This document shows positions 10,583 through 21,580 of a stretch of 64,000 bases of DNA, one piece after another (position 1 is the stretch's first letter; each line of letters opens with the position of its first letter). A program made the position numbers and the translations under genes. Source of the DNA: an uncultured virus (IMG/VR IMGVR_UViG_3300033148_004664) (lineage: Duplodnaviria > Heunggongvirae > Uroviricota > Caudoviricetes); IMG/VR virus record IMGVR_UViG_3300033148_004664; one strand, given 5' to 3'. The notes beneath the pieces are model-generated. The model was not told where the DNA came from and did no database searches. It was given only the letters and a program-made list of their open reading frames with translations.

Positions 10583-10774
10583 ATGCCAGCACCTTGGGTT
10601 ATGGATGAGGATATATGGGATAAGGCCAAGAAAGCCGTGGATAAGAAAAAATATCCGGGAGAACGTTATTGGCGTGTGGTTACTGATGTGTATAAGAATA
10701 TGGGTGGCCGAATAAAACGTAAACGCAAATCAAGTAAATATGACGAGATATTGACTAAGTATAGTAAGAAATAA
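10583..10774 (+). CDS. small basic phage protein
   Basis: WDKAKKAV..YWRVVTDVYKNMGG; RBS AAGGAG. Confidence 0.6.
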   Translation: MPAPWVMDEDIWDKAKKAVDKKKYPGERYWRVVTDVYKNMGGRIKRKRKSSKYDEILTKYSKK

Positions 10775-10799
10775 GAGATACGGGGGTTGATGGATCAGT

Positions 10800-13091
10800 A
10801 TGATTGTTATTCCACCTTTACCATTTGTAAAGTATAGTTTAGGTTTATATAAACAGCGACGAGTTGTAGCGGTCGATAATCCAACATATAATGAAATAAA
10901 GAACGCACTTGAAAATATAGATGATCTTTCTGAGATTGAAGTTATCCCTTACCGACCTGATTTTATAAATACAATCAGAGAGATAAGTTTAAACTATTTG
11001 GAATCGCATGATCTTGAAGGTTTGGCATCGTTCATAGAAGAAGTGATGAATGATGTTGAGTCCGTTCAGGGGTTGCGATATTTATTTGAACTTGACGATA
11101 TACGAGAAGTATTTGGGTATATACTTGGATCGTATACTTTCGCTACACAAGGGAATACAGAATTTGATTTACAGTTATTCGATGTTATACATAAACGCTT
11201 CCCCGCAATATCCGTATTGATGCAGACACACGATCCCGAACTTGCAGAAGCTTATGCAGAATATAGGCAGATGTCGAGAAGTGAGATAGCATCTGAAATA
11301 TTCAGAGAAGATTATACGGCTGACAAATTATTGAAAAGTATTGCCGGTTTTGATTTTGTTGAAATGTTGGGTTATTATGAATTAATGGCGTTTTTGAAGT
11401 CGTTGGGGACTTCTTGGGTGTTTTATGACAAGGATAAACAGCGCAATTTAGTTCGGGCATTACAGAAAGCCGTTTTAAAACTTAATACTTTTGATGAATT
11501 AATGAATATTCTTGATAACGGAGCGGCTGCTATTCTGACGGATTTGTCTAATGAGGAGGATATACCGTTTTTCGGTGAAGTACAAAGAAAACTCGGTAAC
11601 TTCATGTTAAAGATGAATATAAAGACTTTAGATGAATTCTTGGCTTTGGGACGAAGAGTTGGCTCTTCTATGTATGCCGATATTGACCCGTATTTAAACC
11701 AACTGCAACGAGTATTTGAAGATTTTTATCCTAAAATAAAGAATAAATATTCATTACTCGATTTATATTATTCATTCTATGAACTTGATGAGACTGGTAG
11801 AAACATTCTTTCTCCCGTTCGTTGTGCATTGCCGTTAGATGAATTACTGGATAGGTACAGAAAAGAATTACAAGCTCCTAATTATACAAAAGATACTATG
11901 TCTGTAAAAGAACTTGTTAAACAAACAGACGAAGTAAATAATGAAATTTACCCTACTGATACTAAAGGGGCCGATAGAGTACTGGCTGCATTGAACACTT
12001 TATTGGAAGAACCGAGTACTGCTTCTCGAAAGGATATAGGTTTATATTTAACGGGAAGCATTCTTTCTTTTGCGAAAGAAAAATTAAGTGAATTCATTGC
12101 ACGATTACGGAATCAATTAAATGCAGGCGACACTATCAGTAAAAATGAATTTCTCAATTATTTGAATCGTGCACAAGTTCCACCTACTGTTGAAAAGAAC
12201 TTTTTCCCGTCGTTTGTTGAGCAGTTGGATGAACAGATAACGAAAGAAGATATTGAGAAAATTCGAGATTTTTATGTAAAATGGCTTGGATCCGATATTA
12301 ATAAATACAAAAACAAATTCAAGCCGTTTCCTTATGAATTCAAAGGAAATGGAGGAATACAAAATCAGTGGGATTATACGACTGGTAATCATTCTCTTTT
12401 TACCATACGTTTATATTTGAATGAAGGACCCGCTGTTCAGTCTCTTGGCATGAGTGTAAAGGAGATGAGTGAATTATATAATTATTTCGGGTTACATGTT
12501 TCGGATAGACCTGGGTGTTTGGGATGGATAACTGTTGAACAGTATGTGGATAGGGATACCGATGATCGTGTTTGGATGGTTTATGAATTCCAATCCGATG
12601 CTTGTCAGCAAACTTCCAAAATAAAAGAATTGGTGGCACAGTATCCAGATAAGAAGGAAAAGTTACAGAGATTGAGAAATATATTAGAGCAACATATATG
12701 TAAAAGTTGGCGTTATATGTTGATGAATAAGTTATTAAAATTAGCTAAGTCTAATAATGTTAAGAAAATATTAATGCCTACTTATGTGAATGGAAACAAA
12801 GGTACTACTCCTAATTGGGCAAAGGGTATGAGATTGATTTATGATAGAACAGCGAAAGATTATGGAGGGGTTTTTGACGAACGAGAGATAACTCCAGGCT
12901 TTGCTTATGCTTTTGCCCCATTTGGATTCTATGTTATAAATGTAGATTCTTTTGACCAGTCTAAATTTGCACGTAGACTCTTTTTGAATATGTTACGATA
13001 CGGAGGTTGTTCTGCATGCCAGAAACGAGAGACTTTGAGTTTAAAAAGAAGGAAAGAGCGTTACTCCAAGCGTTGGAACAACGTGATTTGA
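10800..13091 (+). CDS. large probable internal virion protein with an EFQSD motif
   Basis: 763 aa; LGWI..VWMVYEFQSD resembles the E-x-Q-S-D domain I recall from large phage virion proteins. Confidence 0.5.
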   Translation: MIVIPPLPFVKYSLGLYKQRRVVAVDNPTYNEIKNALENIDDLSEIEVIPYRPDFINTIREISLNYLESHDLEGLASFIEEVMNDVESVQGLRYLFELDDIREVFGYILGSYTFATQGNTEFDLQLFDVIHKRFPAISVLMQTHDPELAEAYAEYRQMSRSEIASEIFREDYTADKLLKSIAGFDFVEMLGYYELMAFLKSLGTSWVFYDKDKQRNLVRALQKAVLKLNTFDELMNILDNGAAAILTDLSNEEDIPFFGEVQRKLGNFMLKMNIKTLDEFLALGRRVGSSMYADIDPYLNQLQRVFEDFYPKIKNKYSLLDLYYSFYELDETGRNILSPVRCALPLDELLDRYRKELQAPNYTKDTMSVKELVKQTDEVNNEIYPTDTKGADRVLAALNTLLEEPSTASRKDIGLYLTGSILSFAKEKLSEFIARLRNQLNAGDTISKNEFLNYLNRAQVPPTVEKNFFPSFVEQLDEQITKEDIEKIRDFYVKWLGSDINKYKNKFKPFPYEFKGNGGIQNQWDYTTGNHSLFTIRLYLNEGPAVQSLGMSVKEMSELYNYFGLHVSDRPGCLGWITVEQYVDRDTDDRVWMVYEFQSDACQQTSKIKELVAQYPDKKEKLQRLRNILEQHICKSWRYMLMNKLLKLAKSNNVKKILMPTYVNGNKGTTPNWAKGMRLIYDRTAKDYGGVFDEREITPGFAYAFAPFGFYVINVDSFDQSKFARRLFLNMLRYGGCSACQKRETLSLKRRKERYSKRWNNVI

Positions 13092-13897
13092 AAAAAATCC
13101 GCGAATTATACGCCGAAGGTATTACTGTAAACGATATAGATTTACTTCCATATCTTGATGAAACTATACCTGATGTTAAAGATAAAGCAAAATTAGAGAA
13201 ATTAAGAGAAGAGGCGAAAAAAAGAGTAGATAAGAAAGTTGCTTTTCTTGCTCTTTTAGGTTTACGGAATGATTATGTATTTCCTCCGTGGTCGAGGGCG
13301 GCTGGCAAGCCTTTTGAATCTGTAGCTGAAGGCACTAATCGAACTGCTTTTATTTATCGTCATATTGGTTCTGATACTATTTATATTCGTCCCCTAAAAC
13401 AGGGCGAATCTGCTGTTGATAGAGCCGACAGAGGACAGGCAGCTGTTTTTGTTAAAGATGTTAATGGACCGGAAGTAAAAAATTTTTTACAGAATTATAC
13501 TGGGAATAAACGTTTTGTTATTGATGGTACATTAGATTACAGTAATCAACCTGAATACAATAGATTACCCGAAAAGTTGGATATTTACGGTTCTCTTATA
13601 CTCGGACCCTCTTTTACAGAATTGCCAGACGAATTAAATGTAATGAATATACTTGATATTTCGCAGACTTCAATACGTGAAATACCTCCTCATGTTTCTA
13701 TTATCGGAGGCGGAATATATTTACCAGAAGATTTTCCTGAACAAAATCCAGCAGTAATAGCAGCGAAAATTCGAGGGTTTTTGGCAAGATTCAAAGTTCA
13801 TTATGTTCCAAGAGGGCAAAAACCTAATTATGTAGAACTCCGGCAAGAAGAGGAGCAGAGTGAACAGAAGCAGAACGAAGAAGAACAGAATGAATAA
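13016..13897 (+). CDS. hypothetical protein with LRR-like C-terminal repeats
   Basis: RBS GGAGGT before ATG 13016; LPEKLDIYGSL / LPDELNVMNILDISQTSIREIP repeats. Confidence 0.6.
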   Translation: MPETRDFEFKKKERALLQALEQRDLKKIRELYAEGITVNDIDLLPYLDETIPDVKDKAKLEKLREEAKKRVDKKVAFLALLGLRNDYVFPPWSRAAGKPFESVAEGTNRTAFIYRHIGSDTIYIRPLKQGESAVDRADRGQAAVFVKDVNGPEVKNFLQNYTGNKRFVIDGTLDYSNQPEYNRLPEKLDIYGSLILGPSFTELPDELNVMNILDISQTSIREIPPHVSIIGGGIYLPEDFPEQNPAVIAAKIRGFLARFKVHYVPRGQKPNYVELRQEEEQSEQKQNEEEQNE

Positions 13898-13927
13898 GAT
13901 TTTTAGTGGAAAGGGGTATTTTTTAAT

Positions 13928-14452
13928 ATGAATGAGTACGATGAACTTTTTCGTAGTGGAAACGTGTCTGATGTATTCAGAAATTTTGTAGATTCGTTTT
14001 TGTCTGTCTATGAAACTACTTATACCGAGGCGAATCCTGATGGATACGCAGCCATGAAAGAGGATGGCGATCTTGTGGCACGAAGTGTTATTGATGCATG
14101 GAAAAACACGACTACTATAAAAATAGATAAAGATATGATGCGGTATTTATATTCTTCATTGGAACGGAATGATTGGCAAATGTCTACTGATTTTGATGGG
14201 TGGTTTAACAATCTTTCCGAAGCGTATCCTGAAGTGATAGAAACTGGTTCTGAAGATATAGAAACAACCAGTGAAGAATTTGATGTAGATTTTTTATTGA
14301 ATGATATTATGGGCGGTGAAGAATTTTCTATAAAAACTTCTGATGATTTATTAGATGCGATGAATCGTTTAGAAACGATGCCAGAAGGAGAAGAAAAAGA
14401 TCGTTTACGAGAAGAGATAGAACAGGCTAAACGCAGATTAGGTTGGAGGTAA
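13928..14452 (+). CDS. acidic hypothetical protein, paralog of the N-terminal domain of the next gene
   Basis: Shares LETMPEGEEK with 14465..15379. Confidence 0.65.
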   Translation: MNEYDELFRSGNVSDVFRNFVDSFLSVYETTYTEANPDGYAAMKEDGDLVARSVIDAWKNTTTIKIDKDMMRYLYSSLERNDWQMSTDFDGWFNNLSEAYPEVIETGSEDIETTSEEFDVDFLLNDIMGGEEFSIKTSDDLLDAMNRLETMPEGEEKDRLREEIEQAKRRLGWR

Positions 14453-14464
14453 AAAATAAAAATT

Positions 14465-15379
14465 ATGAATAATTACGGTCCTGAATATGAAAAAGAGTTT
14501 TTGGATTATATGGATGAATTTATTAGTGTATTTACGGAAACATTCATTCGGTTTCGTAACGTTACTATCGAAGAGACAGCGGAATTTTTGCGTAAACATC
14601 CAGATAGTGTGTTATTGCCAGCATTTCGGGATTGGTATGATCAAACAAAAAGTATTATAACTAATTCATTAATGGAGAAATTACATTCCAAATTGAAATT
14701 GACGGGATGGAATATTCCATCTAATTTAGAGACTTTTGTTGATAAATATCATAGAGCATTGCCTAATATCGTAGAAGCGTATGTTCAACGATTAGATGAA
14801 GAACCGGATTTAGATTCGTTAATTGATTCTATTTTAGAAAATCCGTATGAGATTCGTTCTTTAGACGATTATTTGGAATATAAGAAGAAGTTGGAAACGA
14901 TGCCGGAAGGGGAAGAAAAGAAAAAACTGCAACAGGCATTGGATATGTATAAACGTGTGAATCAGCGTAGATGGAGCGGCGTTTTTGCTCGGCGGAAAGT
15001 GATTGCTAATGCGGCGGCGAAATTGGCGGATGATTATGAGAACGAATTGAATGATGAGGAATTAACTTTAGAATTGAATTTTGAGAACGAAGTTGCTTTA
15101 CTTGCAAGTATTTTGTGGAGATTGTGTTATCCCGAAGACCCCGTTGAAGATGAAACGGTTGTGAGTCTTTGGAGAGATGTTTTAACAGATGTTTCCGACC
15201 CAGGAAAATTACATAAAACTTTACGTTCTTATGTAGCACAACGCTTGTTGGATTTGGGAAGAGTTCAGACGACCGCCGAAGCGGAAGATCAGGCGGAATC
15301 ATTATTGATAGATTCCGACTATTATGAGGATTTATTGCGAGATCTATATAGTTTCGCAGGGGGAATAGAGAATGAGTAA
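14465..15379 (+). CDS. acidic hypothetical protein, probable virion component
   Basis: LETMPEGEEK; two-domain layout joined by RRKVIANAA. Confidence 0.6.
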   Translation: MNNYGPEYEKEFLDYMDEFISVFTETFIRFRNVTIEETAEFLRKHPDSVLLPAFRDWYDQTKSIITNSLMEKLHSKLKLTGWNIPSNLETFVDKYHRALPNIVEAYVQRLDEEPDLDSLIDSILENPYEIRSLDDYLEYKKKLETMPEGEEKKKLQQALDMYKRVNQRRWSGVFARRKVIANAAAKLADDYENELNDEELTLELNFENEVALLASILWRLCYPEDPVEDETVVSLWRDVLTDVSDPGKLHKTLRSYVAQRLLDLGRVQTTAEAEDQAESLLIDSDYYEDLLRDLYSFAGGIENE

Positions 15380-17141
15380 TGTAATTGTTACTCCAACACA
15401 GATAATTGCGGCATTAGATTATTATTCTGAAATGGATGATACTGACAGTATTGTTGGTGAATTACATAAACTCGCGCGTAGTATAAAAGACAACGGCATT
15501 TATGCGAGTACATTGTCTTTATCTATAGATACTATAACTGGTTTTATTTATGATGCAATTGATTCATTAAAGAACGGAAACGAAGTGGATAATACGCTTG
15601 CTAATTTATCCGCACGTATAAGTGCGGCATTTAACGGTATAGAAACAAATGTAAAGGTGGGGAATGTAATGGAATCACAAATAACATTGTATAATCCAAG
15701 TTTTGATCCAGGTATGGATACGAGTACTTGTGTTGAGGTTGACGGTAAGTTAATAGGATTGGCTTTTTCTGTTAATGGTATTCAGAAATTGTTAAGTAAT
15801 GCGGGGGTGCATGTAACGGATGATTTAATTATGAATGTAGCGTCTGAGAATGGGGTGATTATAGCTGGAGATGATGATTCGGTATATACGCCGAAAGAAT
15901 ACGCCGACGCTTTGAAACGAGTATATGCAAATAAGTTGAATGAGAAGATTTCTTCTGGAACTAATATCACTTGGAAACAGTTGATAGATGGATATTATGC
16001 ATTGTCTCGTGTAAAAACAGCACAAGATATTTATCTTGACAATAAGAGCGATTCTGAATTGAAAACAATGTTATTGGATCTTGTTGAACGATACAAAACC
16101 CCTCCTGTGTTTGATATATCCAAGATTGATTTCATGACTCGTGAGGAGTTAATAGATGCTATACATAAACAGCATAAGGCGTCTCTTGTACGCAAAGCTT
16201 CTCTTGAAGATGATAAAATAATTGATGATTTGATAGAGGAAGGTATTGATTATTTTGAAGTGAGAGTTTTAGATGGTTTCGGTGATGAATTGCCTGATCT
16301 TGATGAAGATACTATTCGCGAACACTTGATTGAAGGACATGGATTTATTGAGACTGCGGACGAGGATATTTCGTTGGAGTATAATTCAAGGGATGGGGCA
16401 GTTGTTACATCTGATTCTGAGGAAATAAAAGAGTTTTTTGAGCCAGAAGAGTTGGATGAAGCTATAGATTTCTTTTTGAATTTGTTATCGCGTAAAACAT
16501 TACATCGGGAAGCCGCCAAATTACCTCCTGATGAATTATCAAAAAGACCGTCGCAAGAGGAATTGGAATGGGCACGTAGAACGATAGCTGAAGGGAAAAA
16601 GGCTTTACAGGCGTTGGATGATGCTATTAATACAGCAATAGAATCTATAGAACGTGAATTACAGATCAACAGACAGGAAATTAATAAGGATTTAGAGCGT
16701 GCTTATACTATAGTTTTACGGAAACTGTATAACCATAAGAAATTAAAGAGAATGAAGATTGCAGAGAATTTATATGCCACGATCGAATTGGTTGCCAAGG
16801 GAGGCAACCCGTCTATAGCCAAACTGCGACAGTTGATAGTGGATGAGTTGAAAGTGGATCAGAATACTGCTAAACGTTTACAGGATATGGCTAAAACTCC
16901 TGTTCGTGGTGAAGCGCAACTTATCATAAAGGATCTTGAACGTGGTGCGGAAGAATATACAGGTACGTATTATGAAACCGAGCCGCCCAAGAAGAGTTCA
17001 AGTATAGATACTACGTCTGCATTTGAAGATATACAAGCAATTCAAGTATTGGAATGGGTGGATACATTTACTGAAGTAATAGATTCTATTGAGACTAAAT
17101 GGGAAACTTTGTATGACGAAGTTTCTTCACAAGCGGCTTGA
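15372..17141 (+). CDS. large hypothetical protein, probable head/core component
   Basis: 589 aa; modular, with VKTAQD, VRKASL and HREAAK linkers. Confidence 0.55.
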   Translation: MSNVIVTPTQIIAALDYYSEMDDTDSIVGELHKLARSIKDNGIYASTLSLSIDTITGFIYDAIDSLKNGNEVDNTLANLSARISAAFNGIETNVKVGNVMESQITLYNPSFDPGMDTSTCVEVDGKLIGLAFSVNGIQKLLSNAGVHVTDDLIMNVASENGVIIAGDDDSVYTPKEYADALKRVYANKLNEKISSGTNITWKQLIDGYYALSRVKTAQDIYLDNKSDSELKTMLLDLVERYKTPPVFDISKIDFMTREELIDAIHKQHKASLVRKASLEDDKIIDDLIEEGIDYFEVRVLDGFGDELPDLDEDTIREHLIEGHGFIETADEDISLEYNSRDGAVVTSDSEEIKEFFEPEELDEAIDFFLNLLSRKTLHREAAKLPPDELSKRPSQEELEWARRTIAEGKKALQALDDAINTAIESIERELQINRQEINKDLERAYTIVLRKLYNHKKLKRMKIAENLYATIELVAKGGNPSIAKLRQLIVDELKVDQNTAKRLQDMAKTPVRGEAQLIIKDLERGAEEYTGTYYETEPPKKSSSIDTTSAFEDIQAIQVLEWVDTFTEVIDSIETKWETLYDEVSSQAA

Positions 17142-18148
17142 ACATAAAACTTTTTAGTAGAGGGACTCTACAAGTTATGAAAAATAATTCTTCTAAAAGA
17201 CAAGAAGTAACGAGAAAGAAATGTCCTCGTTGCGGTCGGTTAATTACACCAAATAATTATAAGAAGCATATCGCAACTTGCGATGGTGGGTTTACTCTTA
17301 GAAGTTCAAATCTAAGAGAATATTTGTTCCGTAATATTATTAAGAACAATCCAAATTGCCCTGTATGTAATCATAAATTTGTTACTGCCATCACGAAGGC
17401 TATTTTGCAAGGTGAGTCTTATTCCACGATATTAAATAAATATAATAAGTATAAAGACCAACCCAAACTTACCGCACAACATCTATCCAAACACAAAAAA
17501 CATTTGAATTTAGATACCGCGGCTATAATAGAGCGTGCAAGAAGTACTTTAATTCTTGACAGTTCTAAAGGAGGTACTACTGACTATGAGGGAAACAAGC
17601 GATTTCATTATATGAAGGCTATCGCTCAAGCTATTGTCGACAAGAACAAACAGTTAGATAGTCTTGTGTTGAGTCAGCTTGCCAAATTAGAAATAACAAG
17701 TGTATTGTTTCGTCAGGTTTTATCAGATGCACGTGAAAAACAAACTATCAGGCCGAAATTAGCAGAGTTATATTTGAAGTTTCAAGAGTCGTTTGATCGT
17801 ACCCAACTAAAACTTCTTGAAATTTATAAAGGCATACCTAATATTTCTGAAGCGAATGTTAGTGTTAAACTATTATGGACACTTATTTATAGTATGCAAC
17901 GTGATGTTTTACGTATATTAGTTGAACAGATTCCTGATATGGAATTGAAGCATTCTATTTCTACATCAATAGGGGAATTGTTTGATAGAACCAATGAACA
18001 ATTAAGGGATATTATCAAGGAAGCAAGTGTTACGCCTGACAATCCAATGGAGGCATTAGTTGATCATTTTGAGTCGGCTTCTTATACTGTAATAGAGACG
18101 ATGGAGGATAAAGTACCGAATGAAGAACAAGATATTGCCGGACAATAG
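17138..18148 (+). CDS. zinc-finger protein, candidate terminase small subunit
   Basis: CPRC..HIATC and CPVC..H..H; two genes upstream of TerL (function inferred). Confidence 0.4.
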   Translation: MNIKLFSRGTLQVMKNNSSKRQEVTRKKCPRCGRLITPNNYKKHIATCDGGFTLRSSNLREYLFRNIIKNNPNCPVCNHKFVTAITKAILQGESYSTILNKYNKYKDQPKLTAQHLSKHKKHLNLDTAAIIERARSTLILDSSKGGTTDYEGNKRFHYMKAIAQAIVDKNKQLDSLVLSQLAKLEITSVLFRQVLSDAREKQTIRPKLAELYLKFQESFDRTQLKLLEIYKGIPNISEANVSVKLLWTLIYSMQRDVLRILVEQIPDMELKHSISTSIGELFDRTNEQLRDIIKEASVTPDNPMEALVDHFESASYTVIETMEDKVPNEEQDIAGQ

Positions 18149-18821
18149 AGACGATTTATACGCGGCGTATATGAAGGCGGGGGATATAAATACTCTTGCT
18201 TCTATGTATGAATTGCCTTTATGGTTTGTAAAATATGAATTGTGGTATTATGATATTATTGATGATGCTCCGCCTATTATCGATGAATCTCAATCGCGTT
18301 GGCCGGTAGAACAGTTACGTAAAGACTTGCGAATATATAAAACAGTTAGAGGACTTGCATCGCATTATAACTGCGATATGATGGTAGTCAGAGAATCTTT
18401 GTTGGTGACTGGAATTTTTCCTAAAGTATGGAAACGACGAACACGTAATTGGGTTAAATCGGATATTATTAACGATATAAATAATTGTTCGTCTATAAGG
18501 GAATTACTGCAAAAATATAATTGTTCAAGAAGTACGTTTGTAAATGTGTGTAAGAAATTTAATATTGATATTCCAAAAGAGAAATTATTTTGCACAACGG
18601 AAGAGAGCTTTACGAAAGAACAACTACAGGCTCTTTATGATGAATACGGTTCAATAACTAAAGTAGCAGAAGTATGTAATTGTAGTGTATATAAAGTTTG
18701 GTATTGGATGAATAAGTTGGGTGTTTGTTATAATGCTATAGAATCTGATACAAAAACAGAATTGAAACATAAACGTATTTTGGCGAATCAGCAGTTGGCG
18801 GTGAACGAACATGTCGAATAA
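18120..18821 (+). CDS. multi-HTH DNA-binding protein
   Basis: Repeated HTH-like units: TVRGLASHYNC, SIRELLQKYNCSRST, SITKVAEVCNCSVYKV. Confidence 0.7.
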   Translation: MKNKILPDNRDDLYAAYMKAGDINTLASMYELPLWFVKYELWYYDIIDDAPPIIDESQSRWPVEQLRKDLRIYKTVRGLASHYNCDMMVVRESLLVTGIFPKVWKRRTRNWVKSDIINDINNCSSIRELLQKYNCSRSTFVNVCKKFNIDIPKEKLFCTTEESFTKEQLQALYDEYGSITKVAEVCNCSVYKVWYWMNKLGVCYNAIESDTKTELKHKRILANQQLAVNEHVE

Positions 18822-20781
18822 AGTACTGTCTATAGTTGAGGATGATGAGATCCCATTAATAAGCATGGTTGAAACAGCGAAACAATATTGTAAATCGGCT
18901 GACCTTGGGATGCCGTTTACCGATATTGAAGTGGTGGATATAATAGAATTTTGTGAGAGTCCCGATTGGGGTAATTTGAAGTTATATCCTGCTCAATCGC
19001 TGTTTTTTAAGATTGCTTATAAATTGTGGGATAAGTACCCGTTTACAGAAGATGAACTTGCTTTGGTTGAACTTGAGAAAAATAGATGGGGGATTGATCT
19101 ATTATCGCGGTGTCATAATGAATCTTTGAATCATTTTATGTTCATAACCGGCCGTCGCGGTTTGAAAAGTTCTACTATATCTTTTTTAATGAGTTACGAG
19201 GCTTATCGATTAATAAGTTTGAGGTGTCCGCAGAAACATTATGGAATTGTGGAAGATGAGGAAATTTACATAACAAACTGTGCTTCGAGTGAAGATCAAG
19301 CAAAGACAATATTTAATATGGCTAATGATAGAATTAAGAGTATAAAATTTTTTAATAAGTATATAGACCCGGGGTTGGATAGTTCTACTGAATTGGCTCT
19401 ATTCACGCCAGCGGATTTAGAGAAGATCGCTCGAATTGAAAAAGAAAATGCAACAATACCGCGAGGGAAGGCGTATTTGAAACAGAATATTCCTCATGGT
19501 TCTATTCGTTTGAAATCAATACCGACGTCAGCACGAACCGCAAGGTCGCGTGGTTCTATTGTTACGGTATTGGATGAGTTTGCCCATTTTCCACGTGCCA
19601 AAGCAATCAAACAAGGACAGGCAGACCCGCGTGATTTAGTAGGAGCAAATCATACGGATATTGCTGTTTATCGTGCTTTGGAACCGGCGGCCGCAACATT
19701 TGGGAATGATTTCAAAATATTTATTATAAGTTCTCCTTTGGATCAATCGGGACACTGTTTTTATTTATACAATTTATGGAAAGATTCGCCTACCAAATAT
19801 GTACAGCAATTTGCTACATGGGAAGTAAATCCGAATATAACGAGAGATGGAGATTTAGTATCGGAAGCCTTCGAATCCGACCCTTTAAGTGCGAGAATGG
19901 AATGGGGGGCGGAATTTGTAAAAAGTGCAAATCCATTATTCAGTGAATCTGTTGTGGAATCTCTTGTAAATCCAGCGAGAGTATATAATACATCGTATAG
20001 TACAAAAGGACATTATATTATAACATTGGATCCGGCAAAGGGAAGCGACCCCGATAGTGATACGTATGCTGTTGCTTGGGGGCATATTGAAACTTATCAA
20101 GACGGATCGGTTAAATACATTGTGGATGGTATGAGAGGATTCAGGCCTGAATCTGTTTTTGATGCTGCGAGTGGTGTCAGCGTGATAAATCCTATTGATC
20201 CGAGTGTTGTTGATGAATTTGTGTTGAATCTTGCAAAATCTTTACGTGTAGTTGTCGGAGTATTTTTTGATCAATATGAATCAACACGAGCAATTTCCTT
20301 ATACCGTCGGTATCGTTTGCCAGCAGCGGAAACAGTTTTTACGTCTCAGTACAAGAGAGAAATGTATTCGAATTTAATTGAGGCTTGTAATAAAGGATTA
20401 GTTGAGGTTTACGGCAATCCAGGACCGAACGGGGAAGGAGATTGGGAACTTGAGATGTTTAAATTGGAAATGTTATATTTACAGAAGGTAGTATCTGGCA
20501 ACAATATCAGTTACAAACACCCCGATAGTGGTCCGGTTGTAACCGACGATTTTGCCGATGCTGTTGCGAACTTAATACATCAATTGATTCGTTATAAAGA
20601 GCTTGGTTCTACATATATGCAGGATTTGGTCAAAAAAGCCACAGGACCGATTAGTATAGGAGGTACAGTAAAGCCTATATTGGGTTCTGGAGTACATATA
20701 CCCATGAATAAATTACATCGCACGCAAGTACAGCGTGTACAAGAGAGTTTACGATCAAGAATAGGAGGACGCCGTGGATAA
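18811..20781 (+). CDS. terL: terminase large subunit
   Basis: Walker A GRRGLKS, Walker B VLDEFAHF, coupling motif ISSP, nuclease acidic residues TLDPA, FDQY, DDFADA. Confidence 0.88.
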   Translation: MSNKVLSIVEDDEIPLISMVETAKQYCKSADLGMPFTDIEVVDIIEFCESPDWGNLKLYPAQSLFFKIAYKLWDKYPFTEDELALVELEKNRWGIDLLSRCHNESLNHFMFITGRRGLKSSTISFLMSYEAYRLISLRCPQKHYGIVEDEEIYITNCASSEDQAKTIFNMANDRIKSIKFFNKYIDPGLDSSTELALFTPADLEKIARIEKENATIPRGKAYLKQNIPHGSIRLKSIPTSARTARSRGSIVTVLDEFAHFPRAKAIKQGQADPRDLVGANHTDIAVYRALEPAAATFGNDFKIFIISSPLDQSGHCFYLYNLWKDSPTKYVQQFATWEVNPNITRDGDLVSEAFESDPLSARMEWGAEFVKSANPLFSESVVESLVNPARVYNTSYSTKGHYIITLDPAKGSDPDSDTYAVAWGHIETYQDGSVKYIVDGMRGFRPESVFDAASGVSVINPIDPSVVDEFVLNLAKSLRVVVGVFFDQYESTRAISLYRRYRLPAAETVFTSQYKREMYSNLIEACNKGLVEVYGNPGPNGEGDWELEMFKLEMLYLQKVVSGNNISYKHPDSGPVVTDDFADAVANLIHQLIRYKELGSTYMQDLVKKATGPISIGGTVKPILGSGVHIPMNKLHRTQVQRVQESLRSRIGGRRG

Positions 20782-21394
20782 TTATATTCCTGATTCGGTT
20801 TTAATCAATTTTTTACGAGATGGAGAAGAAATTGAAGTTTATATTGATGAACAACTTGTTCCAGGTAAAATATCGCAGTTATCTATTACTTACAATGGGT
20901 TTTCCAAGCCTAATGTAACTATAGTTACTGGTAGTGATGAAGGAACGAAAGGATCTTTGGAGGAATTAAAGGACTTTGATTTTCCGATGGAAGAACCGTC
21001 TGAAGAGACAAAGTCTATTTTACCGCCTTCTGACTCCTTGAATCCTTCTCCATCTGGCATTGAACCGATGTCTGATAGAGTTGTTTGTGAGAACGAGCAT
21101 ATAGACATCTTAAATCAATTCAATCCTGAGCGGGTATCAAGACAGTTAAAGGAGACGGATGAAAATTATAGACCTATGCGTTCTGTTACGATTAGAAGTG
21201 ATGCTTGTTCAATTACGGACACTGAATCTGTACGCAGTTTGTTACAAGATTTAGCCGTAAAAGAGGCACAGGTATTCAATGATTATTCTGATTCTAAAAT
21301 TAGATTAATATCTCCACCTACATTCGTGTTTGGAGAGGATGAAGAAGGAGTGTATATAGAAGAGAAAATAGTTTTTTATGAAAGGACTGGTTAA
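20774..21394 (+). CDS. hypothetical protein
   Basis: GTG start with GGAGG, overlaps terL stop. Confidence 0.65.
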   Translation: MDNYIPDSVLINFLRDGEEIEVYIDEQLVPGKISQLSITYNGFSKPNVTIVTGSDEGTKGSLEELKDFDFPMEEPSEETKSILPPSDSLNPSPSGIEPMSDRVVCENEHIDILNQFNPERVSRQLKETDENYRPMRSVTIRSDACSITDTESVRSLLQDLAVKEAQVFNDYSDSKIRLISPPTFVFGEDEEGVYIEEKIVFYERTG

Positions 21395-21415
21395 TTTGAG
21401 AGGAGTGATCAACCG

Positions 21416-21580
21416 GTGTCATATTCTAAGGGAGACAGAGAGAAAATAGATGAAGCGTTACGTGAATTTGATAGACATCAGTTTGCGGATTTAACTATTA
21501 CGAAACATAATGGAAAGATTATGGGATTTCGTATTCATGCAGAAAAACGTTTTGTCGGTAAACCAAAGGAGGCGAAATAA
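21416..21580 (+). CDS. small YezD/DUF2292-like protein (54 aa, not in the ORF track)
   Basis: Hand translation MSYSKGDREKIDEALREFDRHQFADLTITKHNGKIMGFRIHAEKRF...; AGGAG upstream; fills the gap up to the next ATG. Confidence 0.55.
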   Translation: MSYSKGDREKIDEALREFDRHQFADLTITKHNGKIMGFRIHAEKRFVGKPKEAK

